A DNA stretch of 60,518 bases, filler included. It is 4 parts of 4 records of this genome, joined end to end, with 100 filler letters (N's around TTAATTAATTAA, not from the genome) between each part and the next. Parts side by side here need not be neighbours in the genome. Positions count along the whole stretch, not along the records: positions 1 to 14,096 come from SRR31156797_12552; 3 more parts are not named here. The stretch is one strand, 5' to 3'. The position numbers and the translations under genes are program-made. Each line of letters begins with the position of its first letter. Position 1 is the stretch's first letter. Below are positions 1-10,383 of this stretch, in pieces. The notes beneath the pieces were generated by a model, which was not told the origin of the DNA, did no database searches, and was given only the letters and a program-made list of their open reading frames with translations.

Positions 1-570
1 AGTTTACAATCTCTCAGGACCTGACATCTATACAAGTACTACGCAGAAATTTCGTCATAGGTGAGGCTCAGTCCATGACTTATATTGTAGATTTATAATA
101 CTGCTATTTCAGGCATATCTGAAGGTAATTGATTAAGAAGACCATTGAGGAGTTGTTCGAAACAACTTGAAGATCTCGCATCGCATCTTCAAGTCCACTT
201 TGACCTTCAACCCAAAGTGCTCAACGCAACGACGCCTGCTTCTTCTTTCAATGAGTAGTTCGCCCAAATTTAACGCAAATATGAACGCGATATTGCCCTA
301 CTTATTGACAGGCATTTCCTTAATCCCCAGTACAGACCATTATAATAAAGAAGGATAATAATCCTAACCAAGAAGACATTTTTGTGCAATTCTTCACTAC
401 ACCACACAGCTTTACTGTAGTATCGACCTGTAAAAAGTACATGCAAAAAAAAGACCCTACAAGTCTCTGGGGGTCCTTTGGAGTTTCCCTTAATAGCTGG
501 AGATGAAGCCTTCTGCTTCGAACTTTTTCCTTACCCTGTAATTTCCTGCCACCCGCAAACCTGACAAAGG

Positions 571-606
571 TGCATCATTTTGTCTCCAGCGAGACAGAAT
601 GATGCA
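571..606. promoter_or_regulatory. Inverted repeat, candidate upstream activator site for a sigma54 enhancer-binding protein
   Basis: TGCATCATTTTGTCTC-cagc-GAGACAGAATGATGCA: 16-bp arms with 1 mismatch, 110-145 bp upstream of the -24/-12 element. Confidence 0.55.
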
Positions 607-716
607 AAGAGTCCTCAGGGACAAGACAAAAACCAGCTTCTTGCTTTACAAAATGCAAACGGGTTTAGCCTGTTTTTTCAACTGTTTCTTAGTTCGTTGA
701 AAAATAATAACCTGAT

Positions 717-732
717 TGGTACGGCCTCTGCA
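717..732 (+). promoter_or_regulatory. Sigma54 (-24/-12) promoter of the fdh operon
   Basis: TGGTACGGCCTCTGCA, GG-N10-GC spacing, about 90 nt before the fdnG start. Confidence 0.7.
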
Positions 733-823
733 AAGTGCTGTCAAATTTGATTCAATTTTCATTTAGTTTTCATTCAATTTTACTCAAATTGATAGCAACA
801 ATTCCACGCAAGGAGACGAAGGC

Positions 824-3800
824 ATGGGAATATCGAGACGTAATTTCTTAAAAGGGAGCGGCCTGGCGGCTGGTGCCGCTGCTTTGACCGGAACATCCGT
901 CAAAGCGAATGTTGACTCCCCAGAGTTACGCATTAAAGGGCTGCAGACGAGCACCACCGTCTGCCCTTATTGTGCGGTCGGCTGTGGTATGATTGTCCAT
1001 ACCAAGAACGGCAAAGTCGTCAACATCGAAGGTGACCCCGAGCATCCGATTAACCAAGGCTCGCTCTGTTCAAAGGGCAGCGCACTGTTTCAGGTGGCCA
1101 ACAACGAGCGTCGCCTGACCAAGGTTCAGTACCGTGCGCCGGGCAGCGACAAATGGGAAGAAAAATCCTGGGAATGGGCAATGGACCGTATGGCAACGCT
1201 CATGAAAGAGAGCCGCGATCGCAACTTTGTTAAGACGGAGAAAATCGATGGCAAGGAATACACCGTCAACCGTAACGAAGGGATGGCGATGCTCGGTGCC
1301 GCAGCTCTCGATAACGAGGAGTGCTATCTGCTCGGCAAATTCGCCCGCGCAATGGGGGTCGGCTACCTCGAACACCAGGCGCGAATCTGACACAGCGCTA
1401 CTGTCGCCGGTCTGGCGGCAACTTTTGGTCGTGGAGCAATGACCAACCACTGGAATGATATTCAACATTCCGATGTCATCGTGTGCATCGGTTCAAACCC
1501 TGCCGAAAACCACCCGATATCCTTTAAATACGTAGAAAGAGCGATGGACAACGGCGCCAAGCTGGTCTCCGTCGATCCGCGTTACACCAGGACCTCATCC
1601 AAAGCCGATCTCTACGCCCAGCTTCGACCGGGGACCGATATTGCTTTCATGGGCGGCCTGATAAACTACCTGCTCAAGAATGACCTAGTCCAAAAGGAGT
1701 ACGTAGTTAATTACACCAATGCTGCTTTCCTGGTCAACGACGATTTCCAATTCAACGACGGCATCTTCTCCGGCTATGATGCCGAAAACTTCCGCTACGA
1801 CAAAGACACTTGGACCTACCAACTGGACCATAAAGAAATGCCGAAGCGCGATGACAGTCTTGAGCATCCGCGCAGTGTGTACCAGTTAATGAAAAAACAC
1901 TACGCCCGTTACACTCCAGAAAAGGTCTGTGAAATAACCGGCACCGAAATACAGAGCTACATGGAAGTGGCCCGTGCATTTGCCTCGACCCACAAAGCGA
2001 ATAAAGCGGCGACCATCATGTACGCCATGGGCACTACCCAGCACACCCACGGCACCCAAAACGTGCGTTCCTACGCTATGCTGCAGCTCTTGCTCGGCAA
2101 CATTGGCATGGCTGGCGGTGGGATCAACGCTTTGCGCGGCGAGTCGAATGTTCAGGGCTCGACGGATTACGCGATCCTCTACCACATCCTTCCAGGTTAC
2201 CTGAAGGTACCTACCTACGACAATGTGGATCTGGCATCCTACTACGACAAGTGGACGCCAACAACCAACGACACGCAGAGCGCTAACTGGTGGAGCAACA
2301 CCCCAAAATATATGACCAGCCTGCTCAAGGCCTACTGGGGCGACGCTGCCACTGAAAAAAACGATTTCTGCTACGATTACCTCCCAAAACGCAGCGGCAA
2401 CTACTCCTACATCAGACTGATGGAGCGGCTTCAAAACGGGGGCTTCGATGGAATGGTGTTTATGGGCACCAACCCGATCGTCGGAGGGCCGGATGTCAAT
2501 GCCATCGCCTCGGGGATGGATAAACTCAAATGGCTGGTCGCCGTCGATCTCTGGGAAACCGAAAGCTCTGTCTTCTGGAGACGTCCAGGCGTCGATCCAA
2601 AAGACATCGATACCGAGGTTTTTCTGTTGCCTGCTGCCTCCTCGGTTGAAAAGGAAGGCTCTATCTCAAACTCAGGTCGCTGGGCACAATGGCGCTATAA
2701 GGCAGTAAACCCGCCTGGACATGCAGAGAGCGACGCCTACATAGTTGACCAATGGGTTAAACGCCTCAAAGAGATGTATAGTAAGGACGGCATTTTTCCA
2801 GACCCTATCGTCGATCTGGACTGGAACTATGGTGACGGTCACGAACCAGACATAAACATGGTTGCCCAAGAGTGCAATGGTCGGTTCACCCGTGACGTTG
2901 TAATCAAGGGCAAGGCCTTTAAGAAAGGGCAGCAAGTGCCTAGCTTTGCGTACCTGCAGGGAGACGGCTCGACCACTAGCGGTAACTGGCTCTACTGCAA
3001 CTCCTACACAGAGGAGGGCAACAAAATGCAGCGCCGCGGTCTGGAAGATCCTACTGGGATGGCCTTCTACCACGATTGGGCCTGGTGCTGGCCTGTGAAT
3101 CGCCGAGTGCTCTACAACCGTGCTTCAGTAGACCTCAACGGTCGCCCCTGGAATCCAGAAAAGCCGGTTATCAGTTGGAACAAAATGACCCGCAAGTGGG
3201 AAGGTGACGTGCCGGACGGCGGTTGGGCCCCAATGAGCGAAGACGGGACCAAGTCGCCCTTTATTATGATTGCTGAAGGCTATGGTCGGTTATATGCCTC
3301 CGGCCTGGCTGATGGCCCTCTCCCTGAGCACTACGAGCCGATGGAGAGCCCTGTTGCCAACGCTATGACGCCACAACAGTGCAACCCTGCGGTTGCCACC
3401 CCAGGCAAGATCGACAACAGTGGTAAGTACCCATATGTCGGCACTACCTACCGAGTTTCTGAACACTGGCAAGCTGGTGCCATGACCCGTAACCTGCCCT
3501 GGCTGGTTGAGCTGGTTCCCGACATGTTTATCGAGATCAGTGAACAGCTGGCGGAATGGAAAGGGCTGAAGGATGGCGATATGGTCATCATCAGCTCCGA
3601 ACGTGGCCAGATCGAAGCACGGACTCTGATCACCAAACGAATTAAGCCACTACGCGTGCAGGGTAAGTTGATTGAGCAAGTGGGGATGCCTTGGCACTTT
3701 GGCTTTAATGGTCTTGCCACTGGCGGCACTGCCAATACGCTGACGGCTGCTGTCGGCTGCGCCAACACCACCATTCCGGAGTATAAAGCCTTTCTCTGTA

Positions 3801-3832
3801 ATATTGAGAAAAAAGGAGGTGTTATGTCATGA
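824..3832 (+). CDS. fdnG: Formate dehydrogenase alpha subunit, selenocysteine-containing, Tat-exported (1002 aa with UGA readthrough)
   Basis: ORFs 824-1390 and 1439-3832 are in the same frame and joined by TGA 1388-1390 (QARI-U-HSATVAGLAATFGRGAMTNHW); twin-arginine SRRNFLK; CPYCAVGC 4Fe-4S motif; molybdopterin oxidoreductase motifs. Confidence 0.96.
1402..1420 (+). promoter_or_regulatory. Bacterial SECIS element
   Basis: Hairpin TGTCGCC-GGTCT-GGCGGCA beginning 11 nt after the in-frame UGA. Confidence 0.85.
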
Positions 3833-4674
3833 GTGTTAATAAGAACCCGAAGCAAAATTGCTTCTTAATTGACCTGACCAAATGTACTGGTTGTCGCGGT
3901 TGCCAGGTGGCCTGCAAACAGTGGAATCAGCTCGAAGCGGAAGAGACGGAGTTTTTCAGCGGCGAGGGGTACACGAACCCTCCAGCGATGTCGGAGTATA
4001 CGTTCACCCGCATAAAATTCCGCGACTACCAGAAAAACGGTGAGAATGAGTTTGCCTTCTACAAAGAGATGTGCATGCACTGCGACGATCCGGCCTGTGC
4101 CTCGGTCTGCCCGGTAGGTGCCTTCGAGAAAACCACCGAAGGCCCTGTCATATACAAAGCTGATCGCTGCATTGGCTGCCGCTTCTGCATGATCGCCTGT
4201 CCTTTTGGCATCCCCAAATACGAATGGAGCAAAGGGTTGCCGTTGGTCAGAAAGTGCACTGGCTGCTATAGCCGAATCAAGGAAGGGCTGCAGCCTGCCT
4301 GCGCCACCGCTTGTCCGACCGCTATTACATACGGTCCACAGGATGAGATGGTCAAAATCGCCAAGCAACGGCTTAAAAGTCATCCAGATAAGTATATATC
4401 CAAAATCTACGGATTGGATGAAGCGGGCGGTACCTCGGTCCTCTACCTGACCAACCTGCCTTTTGACGAACTCGGCTTCAAGGAAGTCACTCAGCGAGCT
4501 CTGCCTGAGTACACCTGGCAGGCGCTGCGTTTTGTCCCGGCGTCATTTATGGCCGTAGGTGGCGCTCTTTCAGCCATCTCCTGGATAACCCACCGCCGCG
4601 AACGTTTGATGAAAGAAAAAAAAATGGTCGAGCAGGTCGAAGTAGAGACCCCTGCTGAAGAGAAGGAGGGTTGA
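3829..4674 (+). CDS. fdnH: Formate dehydrogenase iron-sulfur subunit (HybA/FdnH-like)
   Basis: CTGCRGCQVAC, CMHCDDPACASVCP, CIGCRFCMIACP, KCTGC; C-terminal TM helix; ATGA overlap with fdnG. Confidence 0.93.
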   Translation: MSVNKNPKQNCFLIDLTKCTGCRGCQVACKQWNQLEAEETEFFSGEGYTNPPAMSEYTFTRIKFRDYQKNGENEFAFYKEMCMHCDDPACASVCPVGAFEKTTEGPVIYKADRCIGCRFCMIACPFGIPKYEWSKGLPLVRKCTGCYSRIKEGLQPACATACPTAITYGPQDEMVKIAKQRLKSHPDKYISKIYGLDEAGGTSVLYLTNLPFDELGFKEVTQRALPEYTWQALRFVPASFMAVGGALSAISWITHRRERLMKEKKMVEQVEVETPAEEKEG

Positions 4675-5903
4675 AAATGTCTGTAGCTCGCACAATTGCT
4701 AATGAAGTAAAAGGGTACCACGGTTTTGTTAAGTTCATGATTCTCGTTGTCGCCATAAGTGCTGTCGCCGCCCTGGCCAGGTTCATCTTCGGCCTGGGAG
4801 CCACCACAAATATGGATGACACCTATCCATGGGGGCTCTGGGTCTCTTTCGACGTAGTTACCGCTGTGCCATTGGCAGCCGGGGCTTTTACCCTGGGTGC
4901 TATCGTCCACTGCTTTCACATTAAAAAACTCGAACCGCTGGTTCGCCCTGCGATTGTCACCGGTTTCCTTGGCTACTCACTGGTCTGCGTCGGCCTGGTA
5001 CTCGACCTGGGGCAACCACATAAAGGCTGGCATGTTCTGCGCTACTGGAACCTGCATTCGCCAATGTTCGAGGTTGCCATGTGCGTTATGGCCTATACCA
5101 CCGTGTTATTTCTTGAATTTCTCTCGCCGGTGGCGGAGAAGTTTGGTTGGAACATTCCGCTGCGTATCCTGCGTTGGCTGGAGATGCCGCTAGTCATCCT
5201 GGCTGCTTCCATCTCGACCTTGCACCAGTCTTCTTTGGGGACTTTTTTCCTTATCGCCGTCGATAAGCTGCACAACCTCTGGTACAACCCAATGTTGCCG
5301 TTACTTTTCTGGGCCAGCGCTATCTCCACCGGTATGTGTATTATCATTATTGAAGCGACCTCCTGCCACAAGTGGATGGGACAACCGAACGAGGGGGTGC
5401 TATTGCGCACTTTGGCAAAAATTCTGCCATGGACCCTCGGCATTTACATTGCGCTGCGCATCTATTCCCTAGTGGTGCTCGCGGAACGGCCGCTTTTTGA
5501 CAATCCGACCCTGAACTTGTTGTTTGCCCTGGAGCTGGGAATTGGCTTTATCCTGCCTTTTTTCATGTTCACCACTCGCACCGTCCGCAACAGCGATCGC
5601 CTCCGGGTAACTGCTGCCCTGCTGGTGATCTTCGGCCTGGTTCTCAATCGTTTCAACGTATCGATGTTCGGCATGATGGATTCGACCCATATTTACTATC
5701 CTTCTCTGATCGAGTCGGTGGTGACCATAGGCATCATTACAGCCCATATCCTGTTCTTCGTGCTGATCGCTAAGTACTTCCCGATCTTTGAGCATCATCC
5801 AGAGACCGTTGACTACTCAATTCCGGACTCATTTGGCAAAATTGACGACCGCAAGTCAAAAGGGAGCAGTATTCCCTTGCCAGAAACTGAACCGGCTACC
5901 TGA
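4671..5903 (+). CDS. NrfD/HybB-family integral membrane subunit of the formate dehydrogenase
   Basis: About 10 hydrophobic helices; YPWGLW, DLGQP, SPMFEV, STLHQSSLG and LNRFN motifs. Confidence 0.9.
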   Translation: MKMSVARTIANEVKGYHGFVKFMILVVAISAVAALARFIFGLGATTNMDDTYPWGLWVSFDVVTAVPLAAGAFTLGAIVHCFHIKKLEPLVRPAIVTGFLGYSLVCVGLVLDLGQPHKGWHVLRYWNLHSPMFEVAMCVMAYTTVLFLEFLSPVAEKFGWNIPLRILRWLEMPLVILAASISTLHQSSLGTFFLIAVDKLHNLWYNPMLPLLFWASAISTGMCIIIIEATSCHKWMGQPNEGVLLRTLAKILPWTLGIYIALRIYSLVVLAERPLFDNPTLNLLFALELGIGFILPFFMFTTRTVRNSDRLRVTAALLVIFGLVLNRFNVSMFGMMDSTHIYYPSLIESVVTIGIITAHILFFVLIAKYFPIFEHHPETVDYSIPDSFGKIDDRKSKGSSIPLPETEPAT

Positions 5904-5918
5904 GTCAGTTAACAACAA

Positions 5919-5950
5919 CCGCCGCCGCATTTACCATTTTGCGGCGGCGG
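5919..5950. terminator. GC-rich intergenic hairpin (terminator or mRNA stability element)
   Basis: CCGCCGCCGCA-N10-TGCGGCGGCGG, perfect 11-bp stem, no clear U-tract. Confidence 0.5.
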
Positions 5951-6005
5951 AAATTCAATTGAAGACAAAGCCAAAACCGGCATAAATTTTTTCAATGGAT
6001 TAACA

Positions 6006-7415
6006 ATGCATAATAACCAGGCACATGAAATTGTTCGCGTTAAGAAGGGCCGTGGCGAACGACTTCAACGTCATACCGTCACCGAATACCCCTTGCGCCT
6101 ACGGGTTAACGGTCGAGAACTGGCAACCTTAGTCTGTTCCCCGCACCAACTCAATTTCTTGCTGTTCGGTTTTTTCCGCCTGCAGGGTTTTATTGAATCA
6201 CTCGACGATATTTCATCTTTTGAAGTCTGCAACAAGTACGGCTTGGCCGAAGTACACCTGAAAGGTGAATTGCCAGAGCGGCTGCAGCCGACCTTAACCT
6301 CCGGCTGCGGCACTGGTATTGCCTATAACCTACCAACCCACCTGCTCTGCAAAAATAAGCAACGACCGCTGCAGTATAGCACCGGCGCTGTGCTGCAACT
6401 GATGAATGAATTGAACAACCTGACCGAGCATTACCGCAGCCATGGCGGCATCCATTCAGCGGCGATAGGCGATAACAACGGAGTGTTGCTGCTGCACGCC
6501 GAGGATATAGGTCGCCACAACACGTTTGACCGGGTGGCTGGCGAAGCACTTATCCGCAACATCGATCTGCAGGACCAAATGCTTGTCACCTCTGGTCGTG
6601 TCTCCACTGAGATGGTCGCTAAAGCGGCCAAACTCGGTGTCGGCCTGATTGCTTCGCGCACCTCTCCAACCGACAAAGCAGTTGAGCTCTGCGAACAGGC
6701 AGGCATACCCCTGGTTGGTTATGTCCGTGGTAAAAATATGGATATTTTCACCCATCCCGAGCAACTGAGTGTAACCAGCGTTGGAGAACGAATCAGTGGT
6801 GTGACAGGAGTTATTCTCGCCGGTGGGGAAAGTCGTCGCATGGGCAGTAACAAATCTCTGTTACCGCTTGCTGGCGCGCGGTTCATTGATCAGGTTTATC
6901 GTCGTATGGCCAGCCTTTTTAACGAGGTTATCATCGTCACCAACACCCCCGAACTGTACAAAGAAATTTCCTGTCGGAAAGTTCCCGATATCTACTATGC
7001 GCAAGGCGCTTTGGCCGGGTTACACTCCGGGTTAGCCCACGCCAAAAGTGAGCGGATCTTTGCAGTCGCTTGCGATATGCCGTTCATTTCCCCGGCAGTC
7101 GTCAAAGAAATCTGTGCGCACGCAGATCATGGCGATTTAGTAATTCCGTATAGCAGCAATGGCCATGAACCCTTGCACGCGCTTTACAGCAAAAGCTGTT
7201 TACCGGCGATGGAGCATGTTCTCGACGCCGGTGTAAAACGAATCATAGCTTTCTTTGACAAGGTTAAACGATTTGAGTTACCTGCCAGTAAAATTTGCAG
7301 ACATGATCCTGAAGAAAAAAGTTTTCAAAACATCAACACCCCTGAGGATTATTTCCGCCTGCGCGGTACATTCGTCGACACGGAACAACCACAGCTAAAA
7401 ATTGGTAACAACTAA
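6006..7415 (+). CDS. fdhD: FdhD sulfurtransferase fused to molybdenum cofactor guanylyltransferase MobA
   Basis: N-half TSGCG, GGIHSAA, EDIGRHN, TSGRVS; C-half ILAGGESRRMG, ACDMPF, EPLHALY, FQNINTPED. Confidence 0.93.
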   Translation: MHNNQAHEIVRVKKGRGERLQRHTVTEYPLRLRVNGRELATLVCSPHQLNFLLFGFFRLQGFIESLDDISSFEVCNKYGLAEVHLKGELPERLQPTLTSGCGTGIAYNLPTHLLCKNKQRPLQYSTGAVLQLMNELNNLTEHYRSHGGIHSAAIGDNNGVLLLHAEDIGRHNTFDRVAGEALIRNIDLQDQMLVTSGRVSTEMVAKAAKLGVGLIASRTSPTDKAVELCEQAGIPLVGYVRGKNMDIFTHPEQLSVTSVGERISGVTGVILAGGESRRMGSNKSLLPLAGARFIDQVYRRMASLFNEVIIVTNTPELYKEISCRKVPDIYYAQGALAGLHSGLAHAKSERIFAVACDMPFISPAVVKEICAHADHGDLVIPYSSNGHEPLHALYSKSCLPAMEHVLDAGVKRIIAFFDKVKRFELPASKICRHDPEEKSFQNINTPEDYFRLRGTFVDTEQPQLKIGNN

Positions 7416-7422
7416 AAATTAT

Positions 7423-7513
7423 TTAACAGAACCGCCCCGCTTAAAGGTTTTGTTTATGGCGGTCGGTCCATGGGTGCGGCTGGTAAAAGCCGCACCTCCC
7501 GTTAGGAATGTAA
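7423..7513 (+). ncRNA. Moco/Tuco riboswitch-like RNA motif
   Basis: Stem ACCGCC...GGCGGT, then GGGTGCGGC-tgGTAAaa-GCCGCACCTCCCGT-tAGGAA, resembling the GGG-stem-GNRA-stem-CCUCCCGU..GGAA core of the E. coli moaA leader; directly upstream of mobB. Confidence 0.6.
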
Positions 7514-7608
7514 CCAGCCTGTGTCACTCAGGCTCTTGAAATTATTTTTTGTTTATCGCCGGGACTCTGTATCCCAGAGGTTAACAAATATTGATGAATG
7601 GAAAACCT

Positions 7609-8235
7609 ATGCTCAATTATTATCAAGCCAAAGAACTGACTACCAATCCGGTTACCCCACTAGCCATGGAAAACGTTCCGCTGCTCGACGCTAACGCCCC
7701 GGCCGCTGGTGAGGAAACCACCGCTATTCAGCACCCACCAGCCGTCTCCTTTATTGCTCGTTCCGGGACCGGCAAAACGACACTGGTCATGCAATTGATC
7801 GCCGAATTAAAAAGTCGTGGCTATAAGGTAGGCGCCATGAAACATGGTCCCCCAAATTTTGAAATCGATCATCCTGGCAAAGACAGCTACCGATTTACCG
7901 AGGCTGGTGCAGACAGTATGCTGATCAGTTCCGACAACAAACTGGCATTGGTTAAGCAAATCAAGCAACCGCCACCGTTTGACGAATTACTGGCAAACTA
8001 CTTCCCAGATGTAGACATTATCTTGGTAGAAGGGTTCAAACGGGTAGGTTTACCGAAAATTGAAGTCCATCGGCACGAACACGACAGTGCCCCACCCTGC
8101 CAGGGAAAAAAGAACGACCCAACCCTGCTTGCCGTCGCCACCGACATTGAGATCCAGGTCGATGTCCCGCAACTTGACCTGAATCGGCCAGAGACGATTG
8201 TCGAGTTTCTTTTACAGACGTTCTCCATAAGCTAA
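7609..8235 (+). CDS. mobB: Molybdopterin-guanine dinucleotide biosynthesis protein MobB with a MoeA-like N-terminal stub
   Basis: SGTGKTT P-loop, MKH, DHPGKDS, DIILVEGFK, PKIEV; start could be 7591, 7594 or 7609. Confidence 0.9.
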   Translation: MLNYYQAKELTTNPVTPLAMENVPLLDANAPAAGEETTAIQHPPAVSFIARSGTGKTTLVMQLIAELKSRGYKVGAMKHGPPNFEIDHPGKDSYRFTEAGADSMLISSDNKLALVKQIKQPPPFDELLANYFPDVDIILVEGFKRVGLPKIEVHRHEHDSAPPCQGKKNDPTLLAVATDIEIQVDVPQLDLNRPETIVEFLLQTFSIS

Positions 8236-8854
8236 AGCCGTATTTTTTAATCAGTCCGTGACAGATCCGGCCGCCAGGGATTTATCTCGGTTATTTATTG
8301 AGCTGCGCAAAACGGCGGCAATCCTGCCCCGCAGTTGGTGCGTCCGAATGGGTTGGTGATTTGCTATAACCTTTTGTTTTACAGGTAAAGGCAGTTGCCC
8401 ACCCTTTTTTAACGCCGTCATAAACGATAACAAAACGATGGTCCTTTGTTGCTGTTTTTCCATTCAGCATTTCAATGCCCTTTGCCTTACCTTCATTGGG
8501 TGCCCGCATATTACCCAACGACTTTCTAGCAACGCGAAACAGGGCCACCTCTTTACCGCTGCAAATACCTCCTAGTAAAAACATTTATCATCTTGGCGTC
8601 ACTGGAGATCCGTGGGATGCACTAATTCATTGGATTACCGATACAATGAACTATATCTGATCAAAAATTACAGCATCGCAGCCCAGACAAACCTTTGTAA
8701 GAAAAAGTTGCTCTATAACCAACGAAGCTATACACTATTTTTATATGAGCAACACATTCACCATAACCGTATTGAAGAAGTCGCCAGCAGGGAGAACCAG
8801 ATAAAAAAAGGTCGTTTACAGACCTTCAACCATTCTTTCCACCACCTTTTCAGC

Positions 8855-10108
8855 ATGCGCACACCAAGCTACGCACGTAGTAAAACAAAACGCCTTCATT
8901 TCATTATCGCCATAGGTTTTGTTACCTGGACATGTCTTCTTACAGTGCTGTACTTTTGGTTTATTGACGCAGAACGTGAGCATCGCGAAAACTTGATAGC
9001 CTCAAAAGCGCAGGCTCTTGGTCACCAGACGCAAATTTTACGACGTTGGATTGGCGGTCATGGTGGTGTGTATGTGGAAATATCTGATGAGATTCAACCA
9101 CAAGCCCAATTGGCTCACATAAAAGAAAGAGATATTGAAACCGATTCCGGTCGTAAACTTACTCTTTTAAATTCACCAACCATTCTTCGGCAAATTCTCA
9201 AAGAATTCGGTGCGACCTCAAACGATCAAGTACGACTGATTGCATACAACCCCCTTAATCCGTCCGGCAAACCCGATACCTGGGAAAAAGAAAGTCTGGA
9301 TTATCTACAAAAAGGGAATAAAAAAATACAGGCGGAAATCAAAACTGATACCGAAAACGTCTTTAGGCTGATGTATCCCATCAAACGTCAGAAAAAATGT
9401 ATTCGATGCCACGAATATGCAACAGATGACGCCAGCAAAGTTGTTGGCGGTCTCAGCATCATAGTTGATAAAACCCCCTATGATGTACAATCCCAAGCCC
9501 TCAAACAGAAAAAAAGGCTGACCTATTTCTTGATTTGGTTTGCAGGAACCCTGGGGTTACTGCTCTTTGACCTCACAGGTGCCAGGCTTTTACGAAAACT
9601 TGAGTATACCTCGACCCATGACCCCCTTACCCAACTGAATAATCGTGGGAGAATAGAGTGGGAACTCCACCGCGAAATTGAGCGTGCAAATCGTTACAAT
9701 GCACCATTTTCTATATTTTTACTAGATATCGATCACTTTAAGGGAGTAAACGACACCTACGGCCACAATGCAGGTGATAATGCCCTTAAAGCCATAGCAA
9801 AAACCCTCAAGGATGAAATTCGAACGACCGATTCAGCAGGAAGGTACGGTGGTGAAGAATTCATTATTCTTGTCCCGAATACTGATGAGGAAAATTCTAT
9901 AATTCTTGCCGAACGAATTCTACACGCAATCCAAAAAACACCGGTCACGGTGAGTGCTGGCAAGACTATCTTTCTTGCCGCCAGCATCGGGGTCTCGTCT
10001 CTTGCAACAGCGAAAGGTGATGTGCAAAGACTTATCAATAACGCTGACAAAGCCCTGTATAAAGCTAAAAACACCGGTAGAAATAAAATCTGCATCGCAC
10101 ATACTTAA
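8855..10108 (+). CDS. Diguanylate cyclase with periplasmic c-type heme sensor (DUF3365/Tll0287-like)
   Basis: Two TM helices flanking a domain with HGGVYV, PLNP and CIRCH; DIDHFK, RTTD I-site, GGEEF; ATG 8855 preferred over 8612. Confidence 0.88.
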   Translation: MRTPSYARSKTKRLHFIIAIGFVTWTCLLTVLYFWFIDAEREHRENLIASKAQALGHQTQILRRWIGGHGGVYVEISDEIQPQAQLAHIKERDIETDSGRKLTLLNSPTILRQILKEFGATSNDQVRLIAYNPLNPSGKPDTWEKESLDYLQKGNKKIQAEIKTDTENVFRLMYPIKRQKKCIRCHEYATDDASKVVGGLSIIVDKTPYDVQSQALKQKKRLTYFLIWFAGTLGLLLFDLTGARLLRKLEYTSTHDPLTQLNNRGRIEWELHREIERANRYNAPFSIFLLDIDHFKGVNDTYGHNAGDNALKAIAKTLKDEIRTTDSAGRYGGEEFIILVPNTDEENSIILAERILHAIQKTPVTVSAGKTIFLAASIGVSSLATAKGDVQRLINNADKALYKAKNTGRNKICIAHT

Positions 10109-10383
10109 CCTCGGCAACACCCGGCACCACCAGGCACCTTTCTAACAGCACAGCTTTGTTCCACTCACCCCTGGCTCTCCCCATACGTTTTTCTCCCCTC
10201 GCCCTACTTTGTTCATATCCCCGCAGGACTATTTTTCAGACAGCGCTTCTAACTGCGTATTGTGCTCTCTTACATCTGGTGGTACATACAACGCCACCTT
10301 CTTTAAAAACCGTCTGAACTGTATATGACCTGGCGGCCCACGATTAATGGTAGACCAAGGTCAAAACAACACAACTAAACCTT

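Noticed and set aside
1-16. 15/16 match between AGTTTACAATCTCTCA (1-16) and a site near 13565
   Set aside because: A single short near-match is expected by chance in 60 kb and there is no flanking similarity
445-475. Minus-strand terminator implying a divergent sRNA
   Set aside because: Only a 5-bp stem before the T-run and no supporting promoter seen
824-1438. fdnG as a nonsense-disrupted pseudogene or two genes
   Set aside because: The UGA is at the Sec position and has a SECIS
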